A stretch of DNA of 63,163 nucleotides, filler included, from Reticulomyxa filosa (taxonomy: Eukaryota; Protista; Foraminifera): assembly GCA_000512085.1 (NCBI GenBank). It is 25 parts of 25 records of this genome, joined end to end, with 100 filler letters (N's around TTAATTAATTAA, not from the genome) between each part and the next. Parts side by side here need not be neighbours in the genome. Positions count along the whole stretch, not along the records: positions 11,771 to 13,306 come from ASPP01023412.1; positions 13,407 to 16,056 come from ASPP01007947.1; positions 16,157 to 17,474 come from ASPP01044588.1; positions 17,575 to 18,783 come from ASPP01021957.1; positions 18,884 to 21,136 come from ASPP01010777.1; positions 21,237 to 22,833 come from ASPP01007449.1; positions 22,934 to 23,963 come from ASPP01028242.1; positions 24,064 to 26,749 come from ASPP01016840.1; 17 more parts are not named here. One strand, 5' to 3'. Within the stretch, counting starts at the first letter, position 1; each line of letters opens with the position of its first letter. The notes below the pieces were generated by a model. It was given only the letters and a program-made list of their open reading frames with translations, searched no databases and was not told where the DNA came from. A program made the translations under genes and the position numbers. This document shows positions 11,806-24,101 of the stretch, in pieces.

Positions 11806-13224
11806 GTTGTTTTTGTTATTACGACCATTGTCAACAGACTCAAGATTAGACGGTACAGCGCACGTATTTGCTGGATCGGGGAGATTGTGTATTGTCGGTT
11901 GACAGTATGTTTCGATATGACCGTTCGGAATCGTGTCTTTTTCATCGATGAGTATAGCTTCGGCCGTGCCTTGAGATTGAGGGGGTCGTATTTGTCCATT
12001 GTGTTGTGTTTCTGCCGACCCGTTGAGGTGACCATTACCGATCATATTATTACTGCTGTTGCTATTGCTATTGCTATTGCTATTGCTAATGGTCATACTG
12101 ACACCTCCACTACCACTGTTGCTGGCTACGTTTTCACTCGGCTTGTCTATTTCCATTTTTGCATTGGTCTTCATTTTCAACTGTTCCATCGCGCTCTTCT
12201 TCAATGACTGCCGCTGGATTTTGCGCTTCTTGCGTGGGTGACTGGACAGCTGTGGCGCCAACGTCTCTGTTCGGCTCGGTGCTTCCACTGCCATTGCTTT
12301 GTCCTCGTTATTTGTCTTTTCCCCTTTGCTTTTGTTTCCAACGTCGATTGTCTCCTCTAATTTCTTTTCGGAGACAATGTCTTGTTCCGGACCTGTTCTT
12401 TGTTCCGTTCTTGTTCCCGTTCCTGTTCCTGTTCCTATTCTTATTCCTATGTTTGTTTCTGCTTCAATTCCTGTTTCTTCTTCTTCTTCTTCTCCTCGAA
12501 CTTTTATTTCCGGCCCTGTTCTGGGTCCAAGTCCGAGTCCATGCCCGAGTTCAAGTTCAAGCTCAGGTCCCCCGGATCTCGTCGCTTCGACACCAGCCGA
12601 TATTTCCATTATCTTGATTTCATTTTCAACTTCTTTTTTACTTGTATTGTTTTCATTGTTATTATTATTATTATTATTATTATTGCTGTTATTTGTTGGG
12701 GGATGATTCACATTATCTGCCAAAAACTCTCTCAATTTGCGCTTTTTCGGATTATTCTTCACTACCGCAGATTCACTCGGGACAACTGTCTTGTCCTCTT
12801 TTTTTTCCATCCCTGCGACGGCACCAGCAACGACAACGACGACGACACTCGAGGCTGGTATACTCATCGCTGGCACTGTTGTGACTGCTGCGTCTTTGTT
12901 GTCCGGCGCGCTTGGCTCTTTGCTGCTGTTATTACTATCGTTACTATTGTTGCTATTGTTAGTGCTAGTGTCGCTCTTGTCTGGTACGCGTGCATCTTGG
13001 CCCATCACGTCTTGTACTGCTTCCTTTCTCGTCTCTTGCTCTTTTGCTGGCGTTGGGTTCAAACATTCCTCGTTCGAATTACTCGCTTTCGTTGCCGTTC
13101 GATTGTCCACAGTTTTCAACGAACGAGATAAGGTAATATTACACCGCCGGCAAGAAAGCCACTGACGTGGAGGCAATGGCAAAGAGTAACAACTAATGAA
13201 TTTTCGGGCTTGCGAAGTAGACAT
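11771..13224 (-). CDS. Hypothetical low-complexity protein, probably nuclear, 3' partial
   Basis: Open frame of about 485 codons from an ATG into an (AAT)n contig end, GC-richer than intergenic DNA. It has basic clusters PKKRKLR and PRKKRKIQR, poly-N, and dipeptide repeats (EL, GT, SN). Confidence 0.6.
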
Positions 13225-14211
13225 TGTTTATCATAGATGATGGAGTTTTTTTTAATGTGATAGTCGCATCCCCTTTCTTTGTCTTACTTACAAATCCATT
13301 TTTTTTNNNNNNNNNNNNNNNNNNNNNNNNNNNNNNNNNNNNNNNNNNNNTTAATTAATTAANNNNNNNNNNNNNNNNNNNNNNNNNNNNNNNNNNNNNN
13401 NNNNNNATTTCGGCAACAAAATAATCAAAATGACAAAAATCAATATCGGACGCCTAAAAAAAAAAAGGTAAATCTTAAAAATTGTTTAAAAAAAGATTGG
13501 CAAATTTCATGACTACGAGAAAAACACTATTGTCAACTTTTTTAAAGAAATTTTACCAAATCAAATGAAAGATTAAAATTTTTGAAAAAATTAGAAAGAA
13601 TTAATAAAAAACCAACATTATATTTAAAAACTACACGATTTGTATATCTTTTTTTAAAAAAATTTTGATTAAATGTTGTTTTTTCTTATTGTAAATTTCG
13701 AAGTTCATTTTTGTCGACGGAAACGTAAAGGGAACGCTATTAAAAAAATTTTTCCGTTTATAACTTATTTAAGTTTTATAATTTAACTTGGCACAGCAAT
13801 TACCAATGTCAGATGAAAAAATAAAACAATAATATGCTTGAAAGATAATAATCAAGATTGAAACAAATAAATTATCATATTTTAGTGATGCTACTATAGT
13901 CGGATTGCATAAATCTTAGTAATTGTCCTGGAACCCAAACAAAGTTTTTTACTCGAGTTTAATTCGTATTTACATTGATAAATTTATTTCACTATGTTTT
14001 TTTTACATTTTTTTAAGACAGTTAAATCGTTTTGTTAACAGCATCAAATCGTTGTTTGAAATTCATAATAAGTAATTTTATTATTTTTAAAATATATGGA
14101 GAATTTATCAGCATTTTACACTGTACCATTCAAATCTGAGTTTAATGAAAAATCTCAACGATGAAATAAAATTAAACAGAAGCTCAAGTCAAATTGAACA
14201 AGTGAATTAAG

Positions 14212-14895
14212 TCACAATTTTGATTTGGAAGAAATAAATGCAGTAGCTGCAATTTTTGTCAAGTCCCTGATCTCTGCATTTTGAATAGGTGTGAGAAAGC
14301 GATGTTTATGAGGTTCAATATCGGAAAACCAAGTCTGTGCAATTTGGCAAGTATCACCATGACTGACAAGCACAAACGTAGTCTTTTTCTCAACGTGTTT
14401 TTTTTCTAGCGTTTCTATCAATGTCAATACTCTTTCCAAAACACTTTGAACTGATTCACAATTGTACATACTATGATGCTTTCCAAAGGCAATATCACTC
14501 TCCCAAATTTTATTATAATTTTTGGAATTTGTTTGTTCGACGTCTCCAAACCATCGCTCTCTTAATAATTCTTCTTCTTGCAAATGAATCTGTACAGTTA
14601 TGTCCTTGGCTGTTAGCGCATTGTAAATATGTTGGGCTGTTTGTTTGGTCCGCAAAAATGGGCTAAAGAGTATAGTCACAATTTCGCTCGATTTTTTATC
14701 ATCAGAGTTCAATTTTTTGTTGATGATGTTCGACAGTTGCTGACCACATTGAGCTGCTTGCCGGTTTCCTGTTTCTGTTAGCCCATAGCTCTCACGTCCG
14801 AGTTTCAGATCACTGACAATGAGATGTTGAATATTTGCTGTAGATTCTGCATGTCGAACTAAATAATAATCATGTTTCAGGAACCAAGGTTTCAT
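14212..14895 (-). CDS. Histidine phosphatase (phosphoglycerate mutase superfamily, branch 1) with C-terminal PTS1
   Basis: Motifs YLVRHAES (RHG-type), FSPFLRTKQTA, LRERWFG and VLVSHGD. It ends in SKL*, is intronless, and has an in-frame stop upstream of the ATG. Confidence 0.9.
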   Translation of the reverse strand: MKPWFLKHDYYLVRHAESTANIQHLIVSDLKLGRESYGLTETGNRQAAQCGQQLSNIINKKLNSDDKKSSEIVTILFSPFLRTKQTAQHIYNALTAKDITVQIHLQEEELLRERWFGDVEQTNSKNYNKIWESDIAFGKHHSMYNCESVQSVLERVLTLIETLEKKHVEKKTTFVLVSHGDTCQIAQTWFSDIEPHKHRFLTPIQNAEIRDLTKIAATAFISSKSKL

Positions 14896-15303
14896 TTCGT
14901 CCGCTGAAACTTCTTGGGACGGGTTTGTTGTTTTCGACCTCTTTGAATAACGACCTTGCCATTAAACTGTCTTCTGTAGTAACTACAAGCTTTAAAATTT
15001 TCAAGATACTTTCATTATGTAGCAAGATAAAATATCAAAGATATTTTTTAAAAAAAGTGAGTGCTTCGAAATTTCAAAAGTTATTTTGAAGTGGATAGCA
15101 CGATGATGATTAAGGGATAAAAGACATATTCAAAAGAGTTGCAATATTAATCACAACAAGTAAATATAGTTAACAAAAAGAGTTTATTTATTTCAGCTGA
15201 GCTTTTACTTTTAATAGATGAAAATTTACAATAAGGAAAAATTAACCGTTTATAACATAATCAGAAAAAAAAGTTCAAAAGAATAACAGCGTGCTATTGA
15301 CTT

Positions 15304-15994
15304 TTAGAAATCAAACACTTCAGTGTGAACAGCAAACCCAAGTCGAGTTCCAAAATTTCGCACTTCTTCCACCAATGGAGGTGGTCCACAGCAAAGAACC
15401 GCAATTCCATACACCGACGCTTGAATAATTTTTTTTTAAAAAAAACATTAAGGGCTCTCTTAAGCATCTTACTTACTTAAGGATTTATTTTCTCGCAGAA
15501 ACAATATATGCAAATAATAAATACAAACATAAAAAAAAAGGTTATTAACAAGCAATTTTACTGCCAGCACCATCGGTTTGAAGGAATACATCTTTGGCCT
15601 CTTCCAAGATCTTTTGGACGTCAGGACGACCAAACTTTAAAAAGGGATATTGTCGCAGTAAATCTTTTTTTTTATCTTCTTTGACTTGCGTGAGATAGAA
15701 ATGGGTGACGATATTGCACTTACTTTCTTCAAGTATTGCTTTCTGTTGCATCGGCTGCACAATGAAAAAATCAGGGCTAAAGAAGGCAGGCAGACGCGAG
15801 CTGGCATGTGTCATCGCACGTTCTCTGTACTGTTGACTGCTGACTTTTTCGGAAGGGTCCTTGAACGGAATCGCGCTCCAATGTTGAGCCGCAAATTGAT
15901 CCACCATATCCATGTCACGAATCACCCAAATGAAGTGAATTCTCGTCATTTGCCGTCCATCTCTTATTTCATGAATTATCTCATTAAACATGGA
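15304..15994 (-). CDS. Ferric reductase / NADPH oxidase family, C-terminal NAD(P)H-binding domain, 5' partial
   Basis: Exon 15994-15562 has IHFIWVIRD, HFYLT and FGRPD. Intron 15561-15420 is phase 1. Exon 15419-15304 has IAVLCCGPPPL...GFAVHTEVFDF*, the family-typical CGP and HxExF end. Confidence 0.85.
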
Positions 15995-16937
15995 CTAATG
16001 AGATTTCCGTCCGCCCCATTGGAATAAAAAAAAACATGCAAAAAAAAAAAAAAAAANNNNNNNNNNNNNNNNNNNNNNNNNNNNNNNNNNNNNNNNNNNN
16101 TTAATTAATTAANNNNNNNNNNNNNNNNNNNNNNNNNNNNNNNNNNNNNNNNNNNNGGGATATTGCTTATTATTGCATTCAAAAGGAAGCATATATTAAT
16201 TGAAAATAACTTTAATCAAGACAATAAACTGCATCATTTTGAATAGAATAAATGTTTGCTTTTGCAACAAGAGCTTATTCCATTATACATTTCATTATAT
16301 TTAAAATTTTTTATAAATGTGTTTCCATCTTTCATTTTGTTTACATTCATTACATCTAAATACTCTTTAGTATTATTATTTTCTTTGTGTTTCATAATCA
16401 ACTCTTAGAATAAAAGAATTGAAAGCACACTCTCTTCATTTTTGTCAATTTCAATGTTATTTTAATGCAAATATGTTCTATTGTGAAGTAATTCATTCAC
16501 TTCCTTTTTGTTAAAATTAGTTTCTTTTTTATGTTAACTTGTTCAAATTATGTAATCACATTTTTCAAAATGTTTTTTGTAGTATATTGAGACAATATAT
16601 TTTATTTATTCTTGTAAATGATATGACCAAGCAATACGTTATGAAATTAATTAGATGAAAGATGAAGAAATTGTAAGTGGTAGCATCTTTGCATGACTGG
16701 CGGCTCTGAACATCTTGAAACACTTAATATTCCCGCTTTTTCCATTAAACTTTTTTTTTTTTTTAATCAATTTAGTCTTTTTAAGTGAAAACTTTTTCTG
16801 CATTGAATTATAACGAGTGTACATAAAACAACAAATTACATTTTCTAATAAACTTGGCATTTCTATAAATCGCTTGTAATCCATTTACATTTTACAAATA
16901 TATTCGCTTGCAACAAACTTTTTTATTTTTATCTAAA

Positions 16938-17429
16938 ATGGCTTTATTGCTCGTTTGATTAGGTGGGAGGGGGCAAACAAATGAGAAAATATTGAGTGGT
17001 TATTCGAACAGCAGCACAAAAGCGTTGTTATTGTTGGTGGCAATGCATGAATTAAATGCATTTGTGGTGGTGTTAAGCGCAAATGATATGAACACAAGAA
17101 ATTGCAGCAAGACAAACGGACAAGTACATCTCAATCAGCACATCAATATAAATATATTGATAATGTCATGTGACACGTTGCTCAACGTGTGGAAATGTGA
17201 TCAATGTCTACAATTCTACAATGACATGGCATACGAATCGACATTGCAAATTTGCACCAATGGATTGGTGCTATTAAAAATCGAAATTATACGTATTCTC
17301 CAAAGTACTATTGCTACAAATTCAAATCAATCCAAGAAGATCCTGCAAACCAAAACATCTCCAATGAATATGCTCCTATTCACGTCGTGTATATCATTGA
17401 CGTTCTGCAAAGCTGCAACACTTAGGTAA
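16938..17429 (+). pseudogene. Degraded coding-like sequence of unknown family
   Basis: GC-richer island with protein-like stretches broken by several stops in the most plausible frame. No recognisable domain. Confidence 0.3.
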
Positions 17430-17607
17430 ATAACAGTGATAGAAAAAAGGGTGGTTTACGTATCGCAATAGATANNNNNNNNNNNNNNNNNNNNNNNNNN
17501 NNNNNNNNNNNNNNNNNNTTAATTAATTAANNNNNNNNNNNNNNNNNNNNNNNNNNNNNNNNNNNNNNNNNNNNTTATTTCATTTTAAACTTTGACAATA
17601 GCAGATT

Positions 17608-18783
17608 CTACATCAGCTTTTTTTTTTTGGATCGAAGGACGTCACTGTGATTTTTGGCTTCGTCGTTGTCAAGGTCATTTTCGCATTCGTCTTCCTCGTC
17701 GTCCTCGTCATCCTCATCATTGTCTCCACTACTTTCACTGTCACTCTCATTGCAGCCATCAGACTCTGGGAAATTATGGAAGAATGAAGGTTTTTGTTTC
17801 AAGGGAACTTGAATTATCACAATGACATTATCCTGTTTTTCTTGTTTCGTCATTTCACCACTCACCGCCACTCCGCGTTTCTTGCGATTGTCACTCAATC
17901 GTTCCGCCACAAAGTCTGCCTTCTTGCCTTTTTTTTTTTTAACCATTTTTACAAAACAGTATTATTTGCTCCTATCATTGGCACTCTAACAAACAAACAA
18001 TGCACATCATTACCTCCGTTATTGAACATCAGAGCCTGCGTCGACCCTATCCCAAAAAAAAAAAAAAAGTGTATGTATACGTACAATTAATATAATATAT
18101 ATATATATATTTATATATATATATATATATTTGTTAGATGGTAAAAAAACCTTCAATGATTTGTGCGGAAGAGCCTTTACTGGTGGACACAATAACGAGA
18201 ATGGCAGGGTTTTCAGACCGGGATTGATAGTTGTATAGCGCCACATTGAACTTGGTTTCGGCGCTGGCTTCAACTGGCAAGAAGCAAGCTTGACTTGACA
18301 TAATCACATGTGTGTCCTTATCTTCTTTATTATCGCCTTTGCGTAATAAATTCAATTTTGTATTCGCTGGAGGCTTGCTCATGTATTGATCGAATGACTC
18401 CAAATACTCTTTCAATGGAATGCTCTTCAATGATTGATCTTTCTTTTCATTTCCCACTACAATCACCATCTTATCCATACTCATATCCCATGTCTTATCA
18501 CTATAATTAGGCTCACGTATCACTGGCATCAACTCTTTATTCACTTGCAATGTCATATCACTAATGCAAGGACTTTTTATTTATTTATTTATTCTATTTT
18601 TTTTTTTTTACACAGATTGTCACAATTTTTTCCTCCTTCTTTTTTTTTTTAAAAAAAATACATACCCAGATGCAGAGTCCTTGTTGCGTGCATTGTCCTC
18701 CCATGTCACATTCATTACGTCCAGTTTATGCTTTGCCGTTAGCTTCTTTGCTTCCGAATTGTCTTTTTGTAGTTTTTTTTTTT
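17608..18783 (-). CDS. Uncharacterised conserved protein of a 'TWED...GPxISDMT' family, 4 exons, 5' partial
   Basis: Exons 18783-18666, 18572-18151, 18046-18014 and 17927-~17608 splice in frame via GT-AG introns. Product: VMNVTWEDNARNKDSASGPCISDMTLQV...MPVIREPNYSDKT...HVIMSSQACFLPV...FNVALYNYQS...NPAILVIVSTSKGSSAQIIEGSTQALMFNNGGKKADFVAERLSD...VIIQVPLKQK, then an acidic tract. Confidence 0.8.
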
Positions 18784-18893
18784 NNNNNNNNNNNNNNNNN
18801 NNNNNNNNNNNNNNNNNNNNNNNNNNNTTAATTAATTAANNNNNNNNNNNNNNNNNNNNNNNNNNNNNNNNNNNNNNNNNNNNAAAAGGGGGG

Positions 18894-18924
<31 letters not shown>

Positions 18925-18928
18925 AAGG

Positions 18929-20058
18929 GAACACCGTGGACATATAATCGTGGAAGAGTTATTGAAATACCCACATTTGACAAAGTTTATGTTTCGTTAC
19001 TACTTGTCGAACCTGATCGACTGCGAGTTGGCGTTTGACGACAAGGCGCTGCAGTACCAACGGAACAACATTGAGATAGTGGCGAGAAGCAAGAACGAAG
19101 CAGTGCAAAAGCGCAAGTTGGAAGAGATAGAGCTGTGCCTGAAGGAGGCAAAGTACGTATCGCAAGTGATGGCAAGGATCCGACAGGCACGTCCAAAAGA
19201 GTGGGACGGAGAGCGTCGAACGCTGGTGAAGCTGCATATCAACCTGTTTCCTTTTTCTGGACGTCTGTCGACGATTCATCCGGATTGGGGGATCACAGAA
19301 GAGTTGTACCGCATGTCAGTGGAAAGTTCAAACGCCAACGTGCTGTCGCTGGACACGCATCTCGACTCGTTTTACACGCAGGAGCAAAGTCAGGTGAACG
19401 CGTCGCAGGCGACACTGGAGACGAGAATGCGTCACAATATCCTGGACGCACAGAAGCAATATATGCAAGCGAACAGCGTGCCAGAAGACTTTAATACGCT
19501 GAGATCGGCGGCGTTGTATCAGTTGCAAGCCAATCATTTGGTGCAACTGAACAGATACTTGGAGCCACTGCAATCATTGAACGGACAGCAGATGCGTGAG
19601 CTGTACGCCAAATCGAGAAACGAACAACATCATCGCGGAGAGGCCGTGCTTGCCATTCGCAACTCTGCCTTGCAGCAAGCGTATCGTGAATGGATCAATC
19701 GCATTCCACCGTATGGACACGACACTGGCACGGCGGCCATATCTCCACAGCGCAAATTCTTGGATAAGGCGGGTCAATATGCAGCGTACTACAACGCCAC
19801 CATTTTGGCAGAGACGCAGCCACATTACTTTGAAAGAGGTGCCCAGGGCCAGAACAGAGCCATTCAAGAGCTGGACACGAGGAAGCATGACCAACTGAAG
19901 CGAAGATTCCCCGTCCAAAAGATCAAAAGCACGCAGGTTACGCAGAACGTGCAGCGAAGACAGCGCAACAAAGAGTTGTTTGATCGAATGAGAGACATAC
20001 ACACGTTGCATGCACAAGTCATGTATCCGGACGTGGCTGCCATTCACGATGCTTCTTT

Positions 20059-20094
<36 letters not shown>

Positions 20095-21037
20095 TATGAT
20101 GTCAGCAGTCTCACCAACTGCTATCGATGCAGGTGCATTTCATCCTGGCTTCAATGGACTATTGAATCAAAGCACGGAAATGCCACCACCTCAAGCGCTG
20201 CTTGCTGATGCCAGTGTTCCCGTCAAGTTCCCTATCGAAGTGTCGCAGCTGCTAAAGGAACTGACGGCCTTGGAAGAACAAGGTCCCAAGGACGTGGACG
20301 GAGACGGGGTGCTGGGCGATGATGACGACGACGCAGTGAGTCGCCTGGAAACCACGGGCGAACATCCCAAACATCGCTTGGGCAATGACGGCGACAGCCA
20401 AGACATGGGAATGAACTTCAACACTCCGGAACAACTGATGGACCACTTTCAGCAACGCGGATTCACTGACGTGGACAATCCCAACTTTGTCGACTTTCAA
20501 TGCGTGTCTCCTGCGGCCCATTCGAAAGAGAAGGAAGAGGGACTCATCGACACGTGGAAAGATTTCACCGACAGCTTCGATTTGAAAACGCAGAAGGAGT
20601 GGAATCGGTTGGGCTCGAGACAACTCGAGGCACATGCGCGTGTCGAGTTCGAAGACGAACGAGATCGCATCGAAGGCGCGCTAAAGGCCAAGGAAGGACA
20701 GCTGGCGCAGCAAATGCGAACACGCGAAGACGATGAAATCACAAACGAACATCGCTTGCAAATGATGAAAGAGGTTATTCACGAGTTTGAACGGTCCAGA
20801 GACCAGCGCATCGCCGAGTACAAAGAGTACTTGGAAGATATTGACTTGCAAGGCCCGGGTCAAGTTGCCGATCTCGGCGAATTGCTGGAGTCGGAGTTGG
20901 AAAGATTGTTGTTGGATGTTAATCTACGCTTGCGACGTTTTAAAAAGGCGACGCCTGAAGAGGTTATTAAAGTTCGAAAAGAGTTATTGCAAGAATTGAA
21001 TGCAAATAATAATAATAACAATAATAATAATAATAAC

Positions 21038-21102
<65 letters not shown>

Positions 21103-21136
21103 TAATAATAACAATAATAATAACAATAATAATAAT
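18929..21136 (+). CDS. Hypothetical protein; one large internal exon, helical/coiled-coil with poly-Q and poly-N, partial at both ends
   Basis: About 2.2 kb stop-free, GC-rich frame starting after an A-rich AG and ending in (AAT)n at the contig end. No motif recognised. Confidence 0.8.
21005..21136 (+). repeat. (AAT/AAC)n microsatellite encoding poly-Asn
   Basis: About 44 Asn codons read directly up to the contig end. Confidence 0.95.
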
Positions 21137-21237
21137 NNNNNNNNNNNNNNNNNNNNNNNNNNNNNNNNNNNNNNNNNNNNTTAATTAATTAANNNNNNNN
21201 NNNNNNNNNNNNNNNNNNNNNNNNNNNNNNNNNNNNT

Positions 21238-21278
<41 letters not shown>

Positions 21279-21314
21279 GTTTCATATTTAAATAAACAAA
21301 CAAAAAAAAAATAG

Positions 21315-21511
21315 CTTGACAGATATTTCTGGACTTAGTCACACAGGTTTGTATTTAAAAAAAAGGGTGTGTTTGTTCTTCTCTTTGCAATGAATGTCTG
21401 GATGTCGGCATATATATGTATATGTATATATAAAAGACAATAGTTTTGAGGATGATATATTCAATTTCAGTGGCTCGTATTTCGGTTATGGGGTTAACAC
21501 TCGCAAAATGA
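21315..21511 (+). CDS. Probable last two exons of an unidentified gene
   Basis: A 32-nt AG/GT-bounded microexon (21315-21346) plus exon 21444-21511 gives LTDISGLSHTVLRMIYSISVARISVMGLTLAK*. Confidence 0.35.
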
Positions 21512-22072
21512 GTGGTCAATGGTAATGTTAATTTCAGATGCGGTTGGACCTAAACTCATTTTTGCAATGTCAACAAACATTGCCAATTTGATTGAAATTT
21601 AGTTTTCTTTTTTTATTTTATTTTATTTCCTATTTTTTTTTAATCTTTCTTTTTATTTTTTTTTTTTCATTTTTTTCTTTGTTGATTTTTTTGTTGCACA
21701 AATTGAAAAGGGAGGGAAGGATTAAAAAAAAAAAAAAAGCGCCATAATGTGTCAACCTTTGCTTTTGTGTTCTTGTTTTTGTTTGACTTTTTTCTCAATC
21801 AAGTTTTTAATCACTCCAAACTTGTTTGCGTTCAAGCATGCTATTTTTTTACTAATTATTAAATGTAGTTAAACTTTGATTGATAAGACACGGGTCAATC
21901 TCGGTGCTTGTCACACATTTGAAAAACGATGCTTTTCTTTTATGAGTTTCGCTATTTTTTTGTCAATGTTTAATGAGGACCTGCTGTTTCTACTTCTGAT
22001 GATAATACTTTGTACGTTAATAAAAAAAAAACAGTTTTTTTTTAAATAAAAAAAAAGGAACCTTGGGTTTCA

Positions 22073-22797
22073 ATGGAATCATCGGGTTTAGACAAAAGTG
22101 GCTATGTTCTCAAAAAAGCCCAAGTTATGCCAACTTGGAATTCCCGGTATTTGGTTGCCGACCCCATGAATTTGCGGTTGATTTATTACCGAGTTATTTC
22201 CAACATTGTTGTCTTGGGTAGTGTTTTGTCCAGTGGAGCAGTACTGGGAACTTTTGAATATCAAACAGCAAGAAAACAAAATAAATAAAAATAAAAAAAC
22301 AAAAGGAAAGACCAAAGCCTCCTGAAAAGGAACGTGGTGAATTGCCTTTGACGGACTCAACAGTGAGCGTAGATGCATCTTGCAATGACGATCAATATCG
22401 ATTTCTTATCACCACTGCTGATCACAAAGATGTTTGCACTCACAAAACAAACAAGCTACCACATGCACACATATATATATATATATATATAATACATATA
22501 TACATATGTACACATACATATACACAAACTAAATCAAATCAAATCAAATCAAAACAAAACAAAGACCTTCCATTTGGAAGTAGAAGACGATTGGGAACGC
22601 CAGGAATGGATCCGAGTAGTTCGGTTGATCAGCGACTTGGGCGTGACAAAAAAGCAAGTGATAAGTGACGAGAAGTTGCCTGAGACTCAGGCCTTCCGAA
22701 GAGCCACAGAGGTGCTTTTACAAAAATTGGAGAACCAGGCCATGGATGCCCGAAAGTCTTTGGATCGAATTGCCAAACAAAAATGGACTTCAAAAGG
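22073..22797 (+). CDS. PH-domain protein, N-terminal part, 3' partial
   Basis: Exons 22073-22192, 22306-22431 and 22565-22797 splice in frame: KSGYVLKKAQVMPTWNSRYLVAD...LIYYR|ERPK...GELPLTDSTV...YRFLITTADHKD|TFHLEVEDDWERQEWIRVV. This is a complete PH pattern including the C-terminal Trp helix. Confidence 0.85.
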
Positions 22798-22799
22798 GT

Positions 22800-22833
<34 letters not shown>

Positions 22834-22980
22834 NNNNNNNNNNNNNNNNNNNNNNNNNNNNNNNNNNNNNNNNNNNNTTAATTAATTAANNNNNNNNNNN
22901 NNNNNNNNNNNNNNNNNNNNNNNNNNNNNNNNNTATATATATATATATGTATATATTGTTATATATCTATTAATTAATAG

Positions 22981-23480
22981 ATATGTAACGTTATATGTGT
23001 GTCAAAGGTGCGGTATGCCAATTATTTACAATATATGGTATTAATCCTAAGGATGCCAAAAAAATGACTGGAAATTTACATCGCGATAACGAATTTGCGA
23101 AATTGTGTGGACACTTACCCAATCGATTACACGGTATTTGGATGAATCCTGCCATGAAGCAATATAAACTAGCAGGATTGGACAAGGAACATATCCATTT
23201 AAGAGTTAGAAGCAATATTCCAGTTCGCATTGACAACAGTGATGTACAAGATTGTGTGATGGTACATAAAGAGTCGTGGACTTTATGTAAGACACATGAC
23301 TATCATAATAAAGGTAAAATTGGTGGTGTTTTTGAAGGTACCATTAAAGTACAACAATGGATGACTGACAAAACTGGACATTTCTTGTTAATTCCTAATG
23401 CACCCCATCATGTGGAAATTGAAACAAAATGTCAACTTGCCATGGTTCAAGAAACAAATCCGCAAAATTTTATTGATTAA
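22981..23480 (+). CDS. Hypothetical protein, terminal exon
   Basis: About 165 open codons with globular-protein composition, following a (TA)n intron tail and TAG acceptor. No motif recognised. Confidence 0.6.
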
Positions 23481-23607
23481 ATGTTTCAAATTACTTTAAT
23501 TGTCATTTATGGGGAAAATAAAAAAAAAAGATAAACATTTTCTATTATTAAATTTGAATTCGTAATATGTTTCAATTTTATTTTAATCTTTTTCGTGAAT
23601 GATTTTG

Positions 23608-23648
23608 TGATTGAATTGATTGAATTGATTGAATTGATTGAATTGATT
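23608..23648 (+). repeat. 9-bp tandem repeat (TGATTGAAT) x~4.5 in a 3' flank
   Basis: Read directly. Confidence 0.85.
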
Positions 23649-24101
23649 TATGTGGTTTATCCACCTGTTTGCATTGGATCAGAATACTTAAATTGTTTGC
23701 TATTCTCACAAGAAAAACAAAAAAATGTAGACCTATTTTCATCTTTAGAGTCACTTCTAAAAATGTATTATTTATTTTTAATTTCTGGAATAAAAGAAAT
23801 ATTTAATCAAACAAAGCAATCCAGTGTATCATTTCAAAATTAATTTGAAATATGTTCGAAGCAAGGCCCTTTTACAAAGCCATTGTTATAGCACGCATAA
23901 AGTTAAAAATAAAACCACCAAAAAAAACAATGGAAAAAAAGAGACCAAACAAAGAAGAAAAAANNNNNNNNNNNNNNNNNNNNNNNNNNNNNNNNNNNNN
24001 NNNNNNNTTAATTAATTAANNNNNNNNNNNNNNNNNNNNNNNNNNNNNNNNNNNNNNNNNNNNATATATATATATATGTATATATGTATATATGTATATA
24101 T

